Shown here: positions 28,206 to 39,036 of the stretch, piece after piece | Layout of the letters: each line of letters begins with the position of its first letter | Position numbering within the stretch: position 1 is the first letter of the stretch | Origin: Isurus oxyrinchus | Taxonomy: Eukaryota | Reading direction: 5' to 3' | Assembly (NCBI GenBank): GCA_026770705.1 | Contig: JANJGN010001723.1 | Span: 62,001 to 113,693 of the forward strand | DNA length: 51,693 bases | Translations under genes and position numbers: made by a program | Notes under the pieces: model-generated | The model's database searches: none | What the model was told of the DNA's origin: nothing | The model's input: the letters and a program-made list of their open reading frames with translations, nothing else

Positions 28206-28419
28206 GGGTGAGAGGGTTAATCCCCCTCCGATAGGGAACAGGCTGCCCGGTGTGTGTAAATGGGGAGAGGTGTGTGAGAGGGTTAATCCCCCTCCGATAG
28301 GGAACAGGCTGCCCGGTGTGTGTAAATGGGGAGAAGTGTTTGAGAGGGTTAATCCCGCTCCGATTGGGAACAGGCTGCCCGGTGTGTGTAAATGGGGAGA
28401 GGTGGGTGAGAGGGTTAAT
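28206..28419. repeat. 66-bp minisatellite, about 3.2 copies, intronic
   Basis: Unit GAGAGGGTTAATCCCCCTCCGATAGGGAACAGGCTGCCCGGTGTGTGTAAATGGGGAGAGGTGTGT. It appears as a 22-aa repeat in ORF 28159..28485. Confidence 0.93.
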
Positions 28420-28445
28420 GCCAAAAAACTGTGTACATGTTTCAG

Positions 28446-28520
28446 GAAATTCGAGGTAACCAGAAGGATGTTTACCATGAACTGAAGTCTGGGAAAGTGG
28501 AATCTCGGAAGGAAATGCCA
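28446..28520 (+). CDS. fcer1g: FcR-gamma-like ITAM exon EIRGNQKDVYHELKSGKVESRKEMP
   Basis: Acceptor catgtttcag| and donor CCA|gtgagt; 75 bp, phase 0/0. Joined to the previous exon it gives a canonical ITAM YEEI-x7-YHEL, split after Yx| as in human YT|GL. Confidence 0.88.
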
Positions 28521-28596
28521 GTGAGTAGAAATTTAAACATGAAGAAAAAATTTCCCTGAAACCCTAAAGAGAGCAATGCTCTTAAAAACTGTTTTG

Positions 28597-31500
28597 TGTG
28601 TTTGATGGGGACAGTGTAGAGGGAGATTTACTCTGTATCTAACCCCGTGCTGTACCTGTCCTGGGAGTGTTTGATGGGGACAGTGTAGAGGGAGATTTAC
28701 TCTGTATCTAACCCCGTGCTGTACCTGTCCTGGGAGTGTTTGATGGGGACAGTGTAGAGGGAGCTTTACTCTGTATCTAACCCCGTGCTGTACCTGTCCT
28801 GGGAGTGTTTGATGGGGACAGTGTAGAGGGAGATTTACTCTGTATCTAACCCCGTGCTGTACCTGTCCTGGGAGTGTTTGATGGGGACAGTGTAGAGGGA
28901 GATTTACTCTGTATCTAACCCCGTGCTGTACCTGTCCTGGGAGTGTTTGATGGGGACAGTGTAGAGGGAGATTTACTCTGTATCTCACCCCGTGCTGTAC
29001 CTGTCCTGGGAGTGTTTGATGGGGACTGTGTAGAGGGAGATTTACTCTGTATCTAACCCCGTGCTGTACCTGTCCTGGGAGTGTTTGATGGGGGCAGTGT
29101 AGAGGGAGATTTACTCTGTATCTAACCCTGTGCTGTACCTGTCCTGGGAGTGTATGATGGGGACAGTGTAGAGGGAGCTTTACTCTGTATCTAACCCCGT
29201 GCTGTACCTGTCCTGGGATTGTTTGATGGGGGCAGTGTAGAGGGAGATTTACTCTGTATCTAACCCCGTGCTGTACCTGTCCTGGGAGTGTTTGATGGGG
29301 ACAGTGTAGAGGGAGCTTTACTCTGTATCTAACCCCGTGCTGTACCTGTCCTGGGAGTGTTTGATGGGGACAGTGTAGAGGGAGATTTACTCTGTATCTA
29401 ACCCCGTGCTGTACCTGTCCTGGGAGTGTTTGATGGGGGCAGTGTAGAGGGAGATTTACTCTGTATCTAACCCTGTGCTGTACCTGTCCTGGGAGTGTAT
29501 GATGGGGACAGTGTAGAGGGAGCTTTACTCTGTATCTAACCCCGTGCTGTACCTGTCCTGGGATTGTTTGATGGGGGCAGTGTAGAGGGAGATTTACTCT
29601 GTATCTAACCCCGTGCTGTACCTGTCCTGGGAGTGTATGATGGGGACAGTGTAGAGGGAGCTTTACTCTGTATATAACCCCGTGCTGTACCTGTCCTGGG
29701 AGTGTTTGATGGGGACAGTGTAGAGGGAGATTTACTCTGTATCTAACCCCGTGCTGTACCTGTCCTGGGAGTGTTTCATGGGGACAGTGTAGAGGGAGAT
29801 TTACTCTGTATCTAACCCCGTGCTGTACCTGTCCTGGGAGTGTTTGATGGGGGCAGTGTAGAGGGAGATTTACTCTGTATCTAACCCTGTGCTGTACCTG
29901 TCCTGGGAGTGTATGATGGGGACAGTGTAGAGGGAGCTTTACTCTGTATCTAACCCCGTGCTGTACCTGTCCTGGGATTGTTTGATGGGGGCAGTGTAGA
30001 GGGAGATTTACTCTGTATCTAACCCCGTGCTGTACCTGTCCTGGGAGTGTTTGATGGGGACAGTGTAGAGGGAGCTTTACTCTGTATCTAACCCCGTGCT
30101 GTACCTGTCCTGGGAGTGTTTGATGGGGACAGTGTAGAGGGAGATTTACTCTGTATCTAACCCCGTGCTGTACCTGTCCTGGGAGTGTTTGATGGGGGCA
30201 GTGTAGAGGGAGATTTACTCTGTATCTAACCCTGTGCTGTACCTGTCCTGGGAGTGTATGATGGGGACAGTGTAGAGGGAGCTTTACTCTGTATCTAACC
30301 CCGTGCTGTACCTGTCCTGGGATTGTTTGATGGGGGCAGTGTAGAGGGAGATTTACTCTGTATCTAACCCCGTGCTGTACCTGTCCTGGGAGTGTATGAT
30401 GGGGACAGTGTAGAGGGAGCTTTACTCTGTATCTAACCCCGTGCTGTACCTGTCCGGGGAGTGTTTGATGGGGACAGTGTAGAGGGAGCTTTACTCTGTA
30501 TCTAACCCCGTGCTGTACCTGTCCTGGGAGTGTTTGATGGGGACAGTGTACAGGGAGATTTACTCTGTATCTAACCCCATGCTGTACCTGTCCTGGGAGT
30601 GTTTGATGGGGACAGTGTAGAGGGTGCTTTACTCTGTATCTAACCCCGTGCTGTACCTGTCCTGGGAGTGTTTGATGGGGACAGTGTAGAGGGAGATTTA
30701 CTGTGTATCTAACCCCGTGCTGTACCTGTCCTGGGAGTGTTTGATGGGGACAGTGTAGAGGGAGATTTACTCTGTATCTAACACTGTGCTGTACCTGTCC
30801 TGGGAGTGTTTGATGGGGACAGTGTACAGGGAGATTTACTCTGTATCTAACACTGTGCTGTACCTGTCCTGGGAGTGTTTGATGGGGACAGTGTACAGGG
30901 AGATTTACTCTGTATCTAACACTGTGCTGTACCTGTCCTGGGAGTGTTTGATGGGGACAGTGTAGAGGGAGATTTACTCTGTATCTAACCCCGTGCTGTA
31001 CCTGTCCTGGGAGTGTTTGATGGGGACAGTGTAGAGGGAGATTTACTCTGTATCTAACCCCGTGCTGTACCTGTCCCGGGAATGTTTGATGGGGACAGTG
31101 TAGAGGGAGATTTACTCTGTATCTAACCCCGTGTTGTACCTGTCCTGGGTGTGTTTGATGGGGACAGTGTAGAGGGAGATTTACTCTGTATCTAACCCTG
31201 TGCTGTACCTGTCCTGGGAATGTTTGATGGGGACAGTGTAGAGGGAGATTTACTCTGTATCTAACCCCGTGTTGTACCTGTCCTGGGAGTGTTTGATGGG
31301 GACAGTGTAGAGGAAGCTTTACTCTGTATCTAACCCTGTGCTTTACCTGTCCTGGGAGTGTTTGATGGGGACAGTGTAGAGGGAGATTTACTCTGTATCT
31401 AACCCCGTGCTGTACCTGTCCTGGGAGTGTTTGATGGGGACAGTGTAGAGGGAGATTTACTCTGTATCTAACCCCGTGCTGTACCTGTCCTGGGAGTGTT

Positions 31501-32155
31501 TGATGGGGACAGTGTAGAGGGAGCTTTACTCTGTATCTAACCCCGTGTGGTACCTGTCCTGGGAGTGTTTGATGGGGACAGTGTAGAGGGAGCTTTACTC
31601 TGTATCTAACCCCGTGCTGTCCCTGTCCTGGGAGTGTTTGATGGGGACAGTGTAGAGGGAGCTTTACTCTGTATCTAACCCCGTGCTGTACCTGTCCTGG
31701 GAGTGTTTGATGGGGACAGTGTAGATGGAGATTTACTCTGTATCTAACACTGTGCTGTACCTGTCCTGGGAGTGTTTGATGGGGACAGTGTAGAGGGAGC
31801 TTTACTCTGTATCTAACCCCGTGCTGTACCTGTCCTGGGAGTGTTTGATGGGGACAGTGTAGAGGGAGATTTACTCTGTATCTAACCCCGTGCTGTACCT
31901 GTCCTGGGAATGTTTGATGGGGACAGTGTAGAGGGAGATTTACTCTGTATCTAACCCCGTGCTGTACCTGTCCTGGGAGTGTTTGATGGGGACAGTGTAG
32001 AGGGAGATTTACTCTGTATCTAACCCCGTGCTGTACCTGTCCTGGGAATGTTTGATGGGGACAGTGTAGAGGGAGCTTTACTCTGTATCTAACCCCGTGC
32101 TGTACCTGTCCTGGGAGTGTTTGATGGGGACAGTGTAGAGCGATATTTACTCTGA
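28597..32155. repeat. 69-bp satellite array 1, about 51 copies, intronic
   Basis: Unit GGGAGTGTTTGATGGGGACAGTGTAGAGGGAGATTTACTCTGTATCTAACCCCGTGCTGTACCTGTCCT, head-to-tail with no spacers. Confidence 0.98.
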
Positions 32156-32194
32156 ACCAGCTGACTGAAAGCTGCTATTTTCTGTGTTTGGCAG

Positions 32195-32218
32195 TCACGT
32201 TCTCTGAGATGCCATTAA
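32195..32218 (+). CDS. fcer1g: Probable terminal coding exon of the FcR-gamma-like gene (SRSLRCH*), followed by about 400 nt of 3' UTR
   Basis: CTGAC at 32161 and acceptor tattttctgtgtttggcag|. Phase-0 reading TCA CGT TCT CTG AGA TGC CAT TAA, followed by unique sequence and AATAAA at 32624. No homology support for these 7 residues. Confidence 0.6.
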   Translation, partial: SRSLRCH

Positions 32219-32623
32219 TCTTGGCCCAACGCTCTTGTCTTGTGTGAGAACAGCAGCTTGTTTTAATCTTTCTGTATCAGGCTCCGATCTTGGTTGTCAC
32301 TATCAGGCATGGTATTTCCTCAAGTTTAATCTTTGCCTCCTTCTGTGGTGCTGTCTGATTGTTATTTGACCATCACTGAGGGACGGATACTCCCCACTTT
32401 CAGGCTGCTCACAGTTCAGCCCTTCATCCACCTATTATTCTGCCAATCCTGGGGCTTTAGCCCTGGGGATGCTGTGTTGTGGGAGGGTGAGAACCACTGA
32501 GATCCTCATCCCCCGTCTAGGCTCTTCTTTATCAATAACCCTTTGAATGGAAGGAGTGTTTGCGTTCCTTCATCCCCCAGCAAGTGGACAATTTCAAATC
32601 CAGCAGCAAGTTTTTGTGGGTTA

Positions 32624-32629
32624 AATAAA
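32624..32629 (+). terminator. Candidate polyadenylation signal AATAAA of the FcR-gamma-like gene
   Basis: First canonical AATAAA after the stop at 32218. A T-rich run lies upstream (tttttgtggg) and GT-rich sequence downstream. Confidence 0.5.
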
Positions 32630-35600
32630 GATGCTTGTGATTGTTGGAGGTCAGTCATCTCAGCTCCAGGACATCACTGCAGGAGTTCCTCAGGGTAGTG
32701 TCCTCGGCCCAACCATCTCCAGCTGCTTCATCAATGACCTTCCTTCCATCATAAGGTCAGAAGTGGGGATGTTCACTGATAATTGCACAATGTTCAGCAC
32801 CATTCACAACTCCTCAGATACTGAAGCAGTCCATGTCCAAATGCAGCAAGACCTGGACATTATCCAGGCTTGGGCTGACAAGTGGCAAGTAACATTCACA
32901 CCACGCAAGTGTCAGGCAATGACCATCTCCAACAAGAGAGAATCCAACCATCGGCCCTTGATGTTCAATGGTATTACCATCACTGAATCCCCCCACTATC
33001 AACATCCTGGGGGTTACCACTGACCAGAAACTGAACTGGGACCAGCCATATAAATACTGTGGCTACAAGAGCAGGTCAGAGGCTGGGAATCCTGTGGAGA
33101 GTAACTCAGCTCCTGTCTCCCCAAAGCCTGTCCACCATCTACAAGGCACAAGTCAGGAGTGTGATGGAATACTCCCCACTTGCCTGGGTGAGTGCAGCTC
33201 CCACAACACTCGAGAAGCTCGACACCGTCCAGGACAAAGCAGCCCCGCTGGATTGGCACCCCATCCACAAACATTCACTCCCTCCACCACCGACACACAG
33301 TAGCAGCAGTGTGTACCATCTACAAGATGCACTGCAGGAATTCACCAAGGCTCCTTCGACAGCACCTTCCAAACCCACGACCACTACCATCTAGAAGGAC
33401 AAGGGCAGCAGATAGATGGGGACACCACCTCCTGGAAGTTCCCCTCCAAGTCACTCACCATCCTGACTGGGAAATATATCACCGTTCCTTCACTGTCGCT
33501 GGGTCAAAATCCTGGAACTCCCTCCCTAACAGCACTGTGGGTGTACCTACACCATAGGGACAAAATCCTGGAACTCCCTCCCTAACAGCGCTGTGGGTGT
33601 ACCTACACCACAGGGGACAAAATCCTGGAACTCCCTCCCTAACAGCACTGTGGGTGTACCTACACCACAGGGACAAAATCCTGGAACTCCCTCCCTAACA
33701 GCACTGTGGGTGTACCTACACCACAGGGACAAAATCCTGGAACTCCCTCCCTAACAGCACTGTGGGTGTACCTACACCACAGGGACAAAATCCTGGAACT
33801 CCCTCCCTAACAGCACTGTGGGTGTACCTACACCACAGGGACAAAATCCTGGAACTCCCTCCCTAACAGCACTGTGGGTGTACCTACACCACACGGGGAC
33901 AAAATCCTGGAACTCCCTCCCTAACAGCGCTGTGGGTGTACCTACACCACAGGGACAAAATCCTGGAACTCCCTCCCTAACAGCACCGTGGGTGTACCTA
34001 CACCACAGGGACAAAATCCTGGAACTCCCTCCCTAACAGCACGGTGGGTGTACCTACACCACACGGACAAAATCCTGGAACTCCCTCCCTAACAGCACTG
34101 TGGGTGTACCTACACCACACGGACAAAATCCTGGAACTCCCTCCCTAACAGCACTGTGGGTGTACCTACACCACACGGACAAAATCCTGGAACTCCCTCC
34201 CTAACAGCACAGTGGGAGTACCTACACCACAGGGACAAAATCCTGGAACTCCCTCCCTAACAGCACTGTGGGTGTACCTACACCACACGGACAAAATCCT
34301 GGAACTCCCTCCCTAACAGCGCTGTGGGTGTACCTACACCACACGGACAAAATCCTGGAACTCCCTCCCTAACAGCACTGTGGGTGTACCTACACCACAC
34401 GGACAAAATCCTGGAACTCCCTCCCTAACAGCACTGTGGGTGTACCTACACCACAGGGGACAAAATCCTGGAACTCCCTCCCTTACAGCACTGTGGGTGT
34501 ACCTACACCACACGGGACAAAATCCTGGAACTCCCTCCCTAACAGCACTGTGGGTTTACCTACACCACAGGGGACAAAATCCTGGAACTCCCTCCCTAAC
34601 AGCACTGTGGGTGTACCTACACCACAGGGACAAAATCCTGGAACACCCTCCCTAACAGCACTGTGGGTGTACCTACACCACAGAGACAAAATCCTGGAAC
34701 TCCCTCCCTAACAGCGCTGTGGGTGTACCTACACCACAGGGACAAAATCCTGGAACTCCCTCCCTAACAGCACTGTGGGTGTACCTACACCACAGGGGAC
34801 AAAATCCTGGAACTCCCTCCCTAACAGCACCGTGGGTGTACCTACACCACACGGGGACAAAATCCTGGAACTCCCTCCCTAACAGCACTGTGGGTGTACC
34901 TACACCACACGGACAAAATCCTGGAACTCCCTCCCTAACAGCACTGTGGATGTACCTACACCACAGGGACAAAATCCTGGAACTCCCTCCCTAACAGCGC
35001 TGTGGATGTACCTACACCACAGGGGACAAAATCCTGGAACTCCCTCCCTAACAGCACCGTGGGTGTACCTACACCACACGGGGACAAAATCCTGGAACTC
35101 CCTCCCTAACAGCGCTGTGGGTGTACCTACACCACACGGACAAAATCCTGGAACTCCCTCCCTAACAGCACGGTGGGTGTACCTACACCACACGGACAAA
35201 ATCCTGGAACTCCCTCCCTAACAGCGCCGTGGGTGTACCTACACCACACGGACAAAATCCTGGAACTCCCTCCCTAACAGCACTGTGGGTGTACCTACAC
35301 CACACGGACAAAATCCTGGAACTCCCTCCCTAACAGCACTGTGGGTGTACCTACACCACACGGACAAAATCCTGGAACTCCCTCCCTAACAGCACAGTGG
35401 GAGTACCTACACCACACGGACAAAATCCTGGAACTCCCTCCCTAACAGCACTGTGGGTGTACCTACACCACACGGACAAAATCCTGGAACTCCCTCCCTA
35501 ACAGCGCTGTGGGTGTACCTACACCACACGGGACAAAATCCTGGAACTCCCTCCCTAACAGCACTGTGGGTGTACCTACACCACAGGGACAAAATCCTGG

Positions 35601-36829
35601 AACTCCCTCCCTAACAGCGCTGTGGGTGTACCTACACCACAGGGACAAAATCCTGGAACTCCCTCCCTAACAGCGCTGTGGGTGTACCTACACCACACGG
35701 ACAAAATCCTGGAACTCCCTCCCTTACAGCACTGTGGGTGTACCTACACCACAGGGACAAAATCCTGGAACTCCCTCCCTAACAGCGCTGTGGCTGTACC
35801 TACACCACACGGACAAAATCCTGGAACTCCCTCCCTAACAGCACTGTGGGTGTACCTACACCACACGGACAAAATCCTGGAACTCCCTCCCTAACAGCGC
35901 TGTGGGTGTACCTACACCACAGGGACAAAATCCTGGAACTCCCTCCCTAACAGCGCTGTGGGTGTACCTACACCACACGGGACAAAATCCTGGAACTCCC
36001 TCCCTAACAGCGCCGTGGGTGTACCTACACCACAGGGGACAAAATCCTGGAACTCCCTCCCTAACAGCGCTGTGGGTGTACCTACACCACAGGGACAAAA
36101 TCCTGGAACTCCCTCCCTAACAGCACTGTGGGTGTACCTACACCACACGGACAAAATTCTGGAACTCCCTCCCTAACAGCATGGTGGGTGTACCTACACC
36201 ACAGGGACAAAATCCTGGAACTCCCCTCCCTAACAGCACTGTGGGTGTACCTACACCACAGGGACAAAATCCTGGAACTCCCTCCCTAACAGCGCTGTGG
36301 GTGTACCTACATCACAGGGACACAATCCTGGAACTCCCTCCCTAACAGCACGGAGGGTGTACCTACACCACACAGACACAATCCTGGAACCCCCTCCCTA
36401 ACAGCACGGTGGGTGTACCTACACCACACGGACAAAATCCTGGAACTCCCTCCCTAACAGCACTGTGGGTGTACCTACACCACACGGACAAAATCCTGGA
36501 ACTCCCTCCCTAACAGCACTGTGGGTGTACCTACACCACACGGACAAAATCCTGGAACTCCCTCCCTAACAGCGCTGTGGGTATACCTACACCACAGGGA
36601 CAAAATCCTGGAACTCCCTCCCTAACAGCGCTGTGGGTGTACCTACACCACAGGGACAAAATCCTGGAACTCCCTCGCTAACAGCACTGTGGGTGTACCT
36701 ACAGCACACGGGGACTGCAGCGGCTGAAGAAGGCAGCTCACCCCCCACCTTCTCAAGGGGGGCAATTAGGGATGGGCAATAAATGCTGGGCCCGGCCAGC
36801 GACACCCACACCCTGTCAATGAATAAAAA
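32627..36829 (+). mobile_element. 5'-truncated CR1-clade LINE (HER1-like): degenerate RT C-terminus and 3' end, interrupted by an internal tandem expansion
   Basis: ORF 32631..33023 has AGVPQGSVLGP...FINDL...MFTDNC (decayed FADD motif)...WADKWQVTF. It continues through frameshifts into LSTIYKAQVRSVMEYSPLAW. The 3' end ...GGCAATTAGGGATGGGCAATAAATGCTGG...GAATAAAAA finishes at about 36829. Confidence 0.92.
33501..36712. repeat. 56-58-bp minisatellite, about 57 copies, derived from the CR1 3' region
   Basis: Unit GGGACAAAATCCTGGAACTCCCTCCCTAACAGCACTGTGGGTGTACCTACACCACA. The first unit is contiguous with upstream LINE sequence and the last continues into GGACTGCAGCGG of the LINE tail. Confidence 0.97.
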
Positions 36830-36937
36830 CAGTTGACATGCTCAGCCTGACATCGAACTCCCCGGCTCTCCCCTCACACATACTTGCTCCAGAGGGGTAC
36901 AGTTATAGAGAATAGTGCACTTTTACAGGTTACCAAC

Positions 36938-36946
36938 AAGGAAGTG
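36938..36946 (+). promoter_or_regulatory. Possible ETS/PU.1-type site AAGGAAGTG in a candidate promoter
   Basis: The motif lies about 230 nt upstream of the candidate ATG at 37171, next to a locally CpG-retaining unique stretch. It is a short motif and may be chance. Confidence 0.25.
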
Positions 36947-37170
36947 ACTGTTCTGTTTTCGAGAACGTGCGTTCGCAGGCCCGCTGGAGGAGCTGTCTTC
37001 ACTGCAGACGTGCAGTTCGAGTAAATGCAGCAGCCCCTGTGGATTCCCGCATTCTCTGTAAGAGACGGACGGTCTGCAGCTCTGACTTGGGGTTGCCTGC
37101 AGCCCAGTTACCAGGAGCTCAGGTTGCTGTGTTGCGGAGCCTGATAAGCAACCGGCTGGGAGGCTTTGCG

Positions 37171-37257
37171 ATGTTACAGCCTCTGGGTCTAAAGGCGTCG
37201 GTGCTGTTGCCTTGGCTGCTGCTGCTGTCTCTCTCTCTACACACAACTCTTCATGAG
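37171..37257 (+). CDS. Candidate signal-peptide first exon of an unidentified second gene (MLQPLGLKASVLLPWLLLLSLSLHTTLHE)
   Basis: ATG with G at -3, a Lys followed by the hydrophobic core VLLPWLLLLSLSL, and a possible donor GAG|gtcaga. Unspliced, the frame runs to TGA at 37348-37350 (59 aa). No downstream exon was identified. Confidence 0.4.
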
Positions 37258-37379
37258 GTCAGAGGAGACCGTCAAGGCTGCCCTACCACGTGGCTCATCG
37301 TGGCTCCCTCGGGCCTAGGTTGGAGCAGCCGCAACCTGGGTTACTGTTGAGGGTATTAACCCCGCCGGGAGTTGAGACA

Positions 37380-37450
37380 ATGGGGTCCTAGTCTCTCCTA
37401 CTAATGGAAAACTCTTCCCAACGTCCGCTTTATCCAGACCTTTCAGTTTC
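37380..37450 (-). mobile_element. Short antisense CR1 3' fragment
   Basis: ggtcctagtctctcctactaatggaaaactcttcccaacgtccgctttatccagacctttcag; the minus strand translates as LKGLDKADVGKSFPLVGETRT, typical of the CR1 ORF2 C-terminus. Confidence 0.65.
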
Positions 37451-37694
37451 CTTTTGCCCTCAATAGACAGATTGGCACCTCCTGCGTTCCCAGGGCTGGT
37501 CAGATGACCCCCAGTGACCTTCGTCCGCAGCGCATATGCTTTCACGTTGTTTGGAAGGAAGGTCTGTCGCAAAAGGTTCTACATGGAGCAAGGTTCCTGG
37601 TTGGAAGGTTGTGACCAGGATATGACTTTGCTGGGCTTAACAGCTGCAATCCCGCGTGGGGCGCTCGCCCAAGGTAGGCTGCAAATCTTGCGGC

Positions 37695-38512
37695 CCTTAG
37701 GCCGCACAGCCTGGGCCTCTAGTTCCACATTGGGTCACACGCCCTTGGGCCCTCATTCCAGGTTAGGCCGCACAGCCTGGGGCTCCAGTTCTGGGTTAGG
37801 CCCTAAAGCAGGCTGCTATAGTCCCAGGTTAGGCCGCACAGCCTGGGGCTCCAGTTCTGGGTTAGGCCCTAAAGCACGCCGCTATAGTCCCAGGTTAGGC
37901 CGCACAGCCTGGGACTCCAGTTCTGGGTTAGGCCCTAAAGCACGCCGCTATAGTCCCAGGTTAGGCCACACAGCCTGGGGCTCCAGTTCTGGGTTAGGCC
38001 CTAAAGCAGGCCGCTATAGTGCCAGGTTAGGCCGCACAGCCTGGGGCTCCAGTTCTGGGTTAGGCCCTAAAGCAGGCCGCTATTGTCCTAGGTTAGGCCG
38101 CACAGCCTGGGGCTCCAGCTCTGGGTTAGGCCCTAAAGCAGGCCGCCATAGTCCCAGGTTAGGCCGCACAGCCTGGGGCTCCAGCTCTGGGTTAGGCCCT
38201 AAAAACACGCCGCTATAGTCCCAGGTTAGGCCGCACAGCCTGGGGCTCCAGTTCTGGGTTAGGCCCTAAAGCAGGCCGCTATAGTCCCAGGTTAGGCCGC
38301 ACAGCCTGGGGCTCCAGTTCTGGGTTAGGCCCTAAAGCAGGCCGCTATAGTCCCAGGTTAGGCCGCACAGCCTGGGGCTCCAGTTCTGGGTTAGGCCCTA
38401 AAGCAGGCCGCTATAGTCCCAGGTTAGGCCGCACAGCCTGGGACTCCAGTTGTGGGTTAGGCCCTAAAGCAGGGCCGCTATTGGCCTAGGTTAGGCCGCA
38501 CAGCCTGGGCCT
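37695..38512. repeat. 66-bp minisatellite (dimer of diverged 33-bp halves), about 12 copies
   Basis: Unit GGTTAGGCCGCACAGCCTGGGGCTCCAGTTCTG-GGTTAGGCCCTAAAGCAGGCCGCTATAGTCCCA; a 22-aa repeat in ORF 37514..38218. Confidence 0.95.
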
Positions 38513-39030
38513 CCTTATTTAAGGAAGGAGGTACTTGCATTGGAAACAGTTCCGAGACGCGTCACTTGGCCGAATCCTGGGACGAAGGGGCTGTCTTGTG
38601 AAGAAAGGGGTGGGTTGGCCCGGGATCCATTGGACTTGGTCGAATGAGGGGTGACCTTACTGAAAGCGTGCAGCATCCCCGTGGGGACCTGACAGGGCGG
38701 ATGCTGAGGGGGGGTTTCCACTCGGTGGAGGGGGTGGAGTAGGTGGGGGGGAGACTGGAACGAGGGGGCACGGTTTGAGAATCAGGCTCTAAGGGGCAGG
38801 TGAGGAGGAACTGTTCCCTCTCTCTGGGAGAGCAGTGGGAGCTGGGTCACGGAATATACTCCAGGCTGACTTAGATCGAGTTAGAGTGGCGAGAGAGTCA
38901 CAGGTGATGGGAGGGAGACAGGCAGGAAGCTGGAGCAGAGACCACCCTCAGTTCAGCTATGATCTTGATGAATGGTGGAGCAGGCTCGCTGGGCCGAATG
39001 GCCTACTTCTGCTCCTCATTTTGTGTTCTT
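38513..39030 (+). mobile_element. Diverged CR1 LINE 3' fragment (different subfamily from 32627-36829)
   Basis: cttatttaaggaagga...gaatgaggggtgaccttactgaaa...gacctgacaggg...gatcttgatgaatggtggagcaggctcgctgggccgaatggcctacttctgctcct matches the typical CR1 ORF2 end and 3' UTR pattern. Confidence 0.75.
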
Positions 39031-39036
39031 GTCACA

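Noticed and set aside
26539-28520. Assignment as CD3-zeta (CD247)
   Set aside because: The YCRLK motif, short ectodomain and single ITAM fit FcR-gamma better. No further ITAM exons were found.
37695-38512. GGGTTAGG motifs resembling telomeric repeat; 234-aa repeat ORF
   Set aside because: The motifs are isolated once per 33 bp, not tandem TTAGGG. The ORF is repeat-derived and stops within the array.
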